Source: Gemmatimonadota bacterium
GTDB taxonomy: Bacteria > Gemmatimonadota > Gemmatimonadetes > Gemmatimonadales > GWC2-71-9
Length of the DNA: 64,000 nt
NCBI GenBank assembly: GCA_036679645.1
Contig: JAZDCY010000004.1
Span: forward strand, 1-64,000
Reading direction: 5' to 3'
Made by a program: the position numbers and the translations under genes
In this document: one piece after another, positions 60,101-64,000 of the stretch
Layout of the letters: every line of letters starts with the position of its first letter
Numbering within the stretch: the first letter of the stretch is position 1
Notes under the pieces: generated by a model
Databases searched by the model: none
The model's input: only the letters and a program-made list of their open reading frames with translations
What the model was told of the DNA's origin: nothing

Positions 60101-60130
60101 GTGGGGGCGCGTGGGATCTTGTGGAAAGTG
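60101..60130 (+). promoter_or_regulatory. Triple GTGG direct repeat with a 10-bp period (MraZ-box-like)
   Basis: GTGGGGGCGC GTGGGATCTT GTGGAAAGTG. Confidence 0.4.
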
Positions 60131-60186
60131 ACCTAAGTCACACGTAAGCCTACACTTGTCTAGGTAGCCTTAAAGTAGGTTGGAGC

Positions 60187-60215
60187 TTGACAAAAAGTGG
60201 GGCCGGCCATACTGT
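60187..60215 (+). promoter_or_regulatory. Putative sigma70 promoter for pilMNOPQ
   Basis: TTGACA-17-TACTGT. Confidence 0.55.
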
Positions 60216-60259
60216 AGGTTGCCGTTCACCCCCCTTATCTCGTTGGAGTCTAGGGAGAT

Positions 60260-61306
60260 ATGGCATTTTTGGGGCTTGGAAAAAAGGCGAAGACGATCGG
60301 GCTCGACATCGGGAGCGGTCTGATCAAGATGGCCGTGATCGATCACGGCACCGGTCGGCCCACGCTTGCGCAGGTGGCCGTGACGCCGGTGCTTGCCGAC
60401 GCGATCGTCGAGGGCGAAATCATGGATCCCGGTGTGGTCTCGGAGGCCATCCGGGGCCTGTTCGTCACGGCCGGTGTCAAGCAGAAAAAGGTCGCCGTTG
60501 CAGTTGGAGGCCGGGACGTGATCGTGAAGAAGATCCAGGTCGATCGCATGAGCGAGACCGATGCGTTCGATGTCGTGCGGTGGGAGGCACAGCAGTATGT
60601 GCCTTTCGACATCGAGGGGGTCGAACTCGACTTTCAGGTGCTCGATCCGGATGGCGAGGGGCTCCAGATGGACGTGCTCCTCGTGGCGGCCAAGCGCGAG
60701 TTGGTCGAGACCAGAATCTCCCTCCTCTCTGACGCGAACCTCGATGCCGAGATAGTGGACGTCGATGCCTTTGCGCTGCACAACGCCTTCGAGTTGAACT
60801 ACCCCGACGCGATGGACGGGACCACGGCGCTGATCAACATCGGACACGAGGTCACGAACGTGAACGTGGTGCAGGAGGGTGTGCCGCTCCTAACGCGGGA
60901 TCTGAGTGTCGGGACGCGGAAGTTCCGTGAGGATCTCCAACGCGAGCGTGGCATGTCGGCCGAAGACGCCGATCACCTGCTTCAGGGATTCGAGCGGAGC
61001 CCGGATCTCGATCCGTACGTGCAGAGCCGCGGCGACGAGATCGCGGTCGGTGTGGAGCGCGCGTCGGCTTTCCTCCAGACGGCGTCGCGGGAGACCGGGA
61101 CGATCCAGCGCGTGTTCTGTTGCGGTGGCGGTGCCCGGATTCCGGGACTCACCGAGTTCATGAGTGAGCGGCTTCGGATGCCGGTGGATGTGGCCAATCC
61201 GTTGCAGGCGCTCGAGGTCAGCGAGGGGGCGTTCGGGACGTTGAACGTGGACGAGGTAGCGCCACTCCTGATGCAGTCGGTCGGGCTGGCGCTGCGGCAG
61301 ACGTGA
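60260..61306 (+). CDS. pilM: Type IV pilus assembly protein PilM
   Basis: IGLDIGS, EAQQYVPF, LLVAAK, INIG and GGGA..PGL..GLALR motifs. Confidence 0.95.
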   Translation: MAFLGLGKKAKTIGLDIGSGLIKMAVIDHGTGRPTLAQVAVTPVLADAIVEGEIMDPGVVSEAIRGLFVTAGVKQKKVAVAVGGRDVIVKKIQVDRMSETDAFDVVRWEAQQYVPFDIEGVELDFQVLDPDGEGLQMDVLLVAAKRELVETRISLLSDANLDAEIVDVDAFALHNAFELNYPDAMDGTTALINIGHEVTNVNVVQEGVPLLTRDLSVGTRKFREDLQRERGMSAEDADHLLQGFERSPDLDPYVQSRGDEIAVGVERASAFLQTASRETGTIQRVFCCGGGARIPGLTEFMSERLRMPVDVANPLQALEVSEGAFGTLNVDEVAPLLMQSVGLALRQT

Positions 61307-61322
61307 TGCGAGGCGGATCACC

Positions 61323-62000
61323 ATGATACGCATCAACCTCCTTCCGGGGGGACAGCGGCGGCGGCGTGTCGGGGGTGGGTTCCAGCTCCCTTCGGTCGGC
61401 GACCTGCTCGGGAAGATCAAGGAACCGCTGCTCTTGGGAGCAATGGGGTCGTGGGTTGTCGGGGTAGTGGTTGTTGGCGCGCTATGGTTCATGCAAGCGG
61501 GCGAGAGCGACGAGCTGGTGACCCGGCTGGAGCAACTCGAGGGACAGGAACGGCGGTTCCGCCGCATGATTTCTCGGAAGGCTCACGCGGTGAACATCCG
61601 CGATTCGCTCGTCGCCCAGCTCGAGGCCATTCGCGAGATAGACGGCGACCGGTATGTCTGGCCACACGTGCTCGAAGAGGTGACGAAAGCGCTGCCGGAC
61701 TTCACCTGGCTCGTATCCATTGACGCGGTCACGTCGACGTTCGACGCGCTTGCGGATACGACGGTCCGGCCACCGGTGCGATTCACGATCGATGGACGCA
61801 CATCCGACATCTCCGCGTACACGCGGTTCGTCAGCCAGCTGACCAACTCCCCGTGGGTGAGCTCCGCCGAGTTCGGCCCCATCCAGTCGGTGATCGAGCA
61901 GGATAGGCCGGTCCAGGCTTTCACGGTGACCGTGACCTTCCAGCAAGCCGACCCGCGTTTCCTGCGTACCGTGCCCCTCCAGGGGCCGGTGATCCAGTAG
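61323..62000 (+). CDS. pilN: Type IV pilus assembly protein PilN
   Basis: MIRINLLP N-terminus; one TM; operon position. Confidence 0.9.
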   Translation: MIRINLLPGGQRRRRVGGGFQLPSVGDLLGKIKEPLLLGAMGSWVVGVVVVGALWFMQAGESDELVTRLEQLEGQERRFRRMISRKAHAVNIRDSLVAQLEAIREIDGDRYVWPHVLEEVTKALPDFTWLVSIDAVTSTFDALADTTVRPPVRFTIDGRTSDISAYTRFVSQLTNSPWVSSAEFGPIQSVIEQDRPVQAFTVTVTFQQADPRFLRTVPLQGPVIQ

Positions 62001-62009
62001 GAGGCCTAT

Positions 62010-62627
62010 ATGGCGATGAGTGCTAAGGAGCGGAAGCAGCTCCTCGGAATCCTGATCGTCCTTCCGGTGCTCGGCATCGCGGCGTTCTGGAACTACGTGC
62101 GCAAGCCGCGCATCGACGCCGCCGCCGAGACGAGTCTCAAGATCGACTCACTCCAAGCGGCAGTGGACACGGCTCGCGCCGATCTCCAGCGCGGCACGGT
62201 AGAAGATCTGCAGTTCCGCATAGACGACTACCAGGCCAGCCTGGATTTGATGCGCCAGCTCGTCCCGACGGGCGCCGAGGTGGCGAGTCTGATCAATGAC
62301 ATCTCCGACCGCGCCAAGCTGCGCAACGTGCACATCGCCGACCTGTCACCGCTGGGGTACGGCGAAGGCACCCGGTTCCGGGTTGCGCGATACCGGTTCG
62401 TTGTGCTCGGGCACTACGACGATGTCGGCGGATTCTTGTCGGACATCGCCTCGTTGCCGCGCATCATGGTCCCGACCGGATTGACCATCCAGATCGCGAC
62501 GGACCAGACCGCCGTATCGCTCGGCGACACGACGGGATCGATGCTCCAGGCAACGTTCGAATTGCGCACGTTCGTCAAGCAGTCCGAGGTCGAACTGGAG
62601 GAAGGGGGCGCCGGTGGCGGCCCGTAA
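62010..62627 (+). CDS. pilO: Type IV pilus assembly protein PilO
   Basis: TM, coiled coil, LVP..EV..LI, GHYDDVG.FL..IASLPRI. Confidence 0.9.
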   Translation: MAMSAKERKQLLGILIVLPVLGIAAFWNYVRKPRIDAAAETSLKIDSLQAAVDTARADLQRGTVEDLQFRIDDYQASLDLMRQLVPTGAEVASLINDISDRAKLRNVHIADLSPLGYGEGTRFRVARYRFVVLGHYDDVGGFLSDIASLPRIMVPTGLTIQIATDQTAVSLGDTTGSMLQATFELRTFVKQSEVELEEGGAGGGP

Positions 62628-63111
62628 GGCAGGCGCGTGGATCGCGACGGCCCTGTTGGCGGCCTGCGGTGGGGGTGGGGGTGGGGGTGGTGGCGACGAC
62701 GCGTCGGCCGGGACTCCGGCGGCGACGCCCGAGGTGCAGGCGGCGGTCCAAGATACGACGATACCGCAACAGGACACGACGGAAACACAGCTGGTGCGCG
62801 AGGCGTTCGCGTACCGCGGTGCGGGCCGGGATCCATTCATGTCCCTGCTGCGATCGGGCGATGTGCGGCCGCTGCCGCAGGATCTGCGGGTGCGAGCGAT
62901 CAACTTCGATCCGCGCTATCCCCGGCGCAGCGTCGTCACTCTTCAGGATACGACGTCAGACCGTCGCTACACATTGCGTCTCGGCGACCAAGTCGGTCGC
63001 TTGCGGATCACTCAGATCCGAGAGACCGAGATCGTGATCACGATCGAGGAATTCGGCGTCGAGAGGCAGATCGTACTGCCGATTCGTCGCCTGCGGGAGG
63101 ACTCAAGATGA
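62614..63111 (+). CDS. pilP: PilP-like lipoprotein
   Basis: Lipobox LAA-C, Gly9 linker, GRDPF motif; lies between pilO and pilQ. Confidence 0.7.
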   Translation: MAARKAGAWIATALLAACGGGGGGGGGDDASAGTPAATPEVQAAVQDTTIPQQDTTETQLVREAFAYRGAGRDPFMSLLRSGDVRPLPQDLRVRAINFDPRYPRRSVVTLQDTTSDRRYTLRLGDQVGRLRITQIRETEIVITIEEFGVERQIVLPIRRLREDSR

Positions 63112-64000
63112 AGCGGACCTTCGTTCTCGCGGCCGCCGGGCTGTTGCTGGCCGCGCCTCCGATTCTCGCCGCCGGCCCCGGTGAAGTCACGGCCGTGAGC
63201 GTGGTTCCGGGCGCCGGGCGGGCGCATGTCCTCATCGACGTGCTTGGCGATGTGACCTATGAGGACTTCACGCTGGCGAATCCGGCGCGCGTGGTCATCG
63301 ACGTGACCGGCGCCACGCTGGCCAGCGCTGCCGCTCTCTATGACGGTGTCAACCGGGGCGGGATCGTCGACCTGCGATATGCGCAGTTCCGCCCCGACGT
63401 CGTGCGCATCGTCCTCGAGCTCGAGTCGCTGCGCGCTTACGACATAGAGCACGTAGATGGCGCAATCCGGCTCTCGCTCGGGACCGATCGCTCGTTTGCA
63501 GCGTGGTCCACACTCGAGCCGCGCGCGCTGGCCGAGGTCGCCGCGGGTGGCTTGTCTGGCTCACCGTATGCACTCGACGACTTCGAGGATGCCGCACAGC
63601 AGCAGGGGCAACAGCCACGCATTACTGTCACCTACGACTCGGCCTCGATCGCCGACGTCATGGCGGGGTTCGCGGCGTTCAGCGGGCGCTCGATCATCCT
63701 CGGGAAGAACGTGGCGGGTTTTGTTACGGCAGAGATCCGCAACCAGCCATGGGATGTCGCCTTCCGGTCGATTCTCGAGTCGCAGGGCCTCACCGCCATA
63801 GAAGAGGTGTCGGGCATCCTCCGGGTGGATGACCGCGAGGTCATCGCGGCGCGCGACTCGCTCGAGCCGGTCCGGACCAAGCTCCTGCGGATGAATTACG
63901 CGCGGGCGTTGTCACTCGTTCCGGTGGTGCAGTCCCTGCTCACCGCTCGCGGGAAAGTGGTTGCCGACACCGCCACGAACACGTTGATCCTCACCGACGT
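63108..64000 (+). CDS. pilQ: Type IV pilus secretin PilQ (5' part; runs off the window)
   Basis: GGAGG RBS; MKRTFVLAAAG signal peptide; AMIN domain (FTLANPARVVID, VRIVLEL); QPWDVAF..IL; NYARA..DTATNTLILTD. Confidence 0.85.
   Translation, partial: MKRTFVLAAAGLLLAAPPILAAGPGEVTAVSVVPGAGRAHVLIDVLGDVTYEDFTLANPARVVIDVTGATLASAAALYDGVNRGGIVDLRYAQFRPDVVRIVLELESLRAYDIEHVDGAIRLSLGTDRSFAAWSTLEPRALAEVAAGGLSGSPYALDDFEDAAQQQGQQPRITVTYDSASIADVMAGFAAFSGRSIILGKNVAGFVTAEIRNQPWDVAFRSILESQGLTAIEEVSGILRVDDREVIAARDSLEPVRTKLLRMNYARALSLVPVVQSLLTARGKVVADTATNTLILTD

Overview
High-GC bacterial chromosomal window. The gene content suggests Gemmatimonadota (inference, not checked). Most of it is core and envelope genes: an M16 peptidase, DsbA-VKOR, acs, ccmABCD, asd-lysC-dapB-dapA-dapD, ctaA, nadA/nadC and lptFG. 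It also holds a SigR/RsrA-like ECF sigma/zinc anti-sigma pair heading an uncharacterised lipid/polyketide-like operon (DUF92, FAD oxidoreductase, flavin reductase, methyltransferase, SRPBCC, FabF). A roughly 2,050-aa SprA (T9SS translocon) gene is coupled to a Bacteroidetes-type glutaminyl-cyclase-like lipoprotein. A large type IV pilus locus follows: comEA, pilB-pilT-pilC, msrB-ppi, pilS-pilR, a methyltransferase/GT2/GT-C cassette, two sigma54-driven pilins, minor pilins and pilMNOPQ. The best candidates for undescribed systems are the SprA+QC unit, the pilin-glycosylation cassette and the ECF-headed lipid operon. At least four genes (a response regulator, dapA, a TonB-dependent receptor, nadC) carry frame-breaking internal deletions, which may be real or assembly artefacts. 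Several intergenic periodic inverted-repeat hairpins are present. I saw no rRNA, tRNA, CRISPR array or transposase. All calls come from motif recognition by eye; no searches were run.
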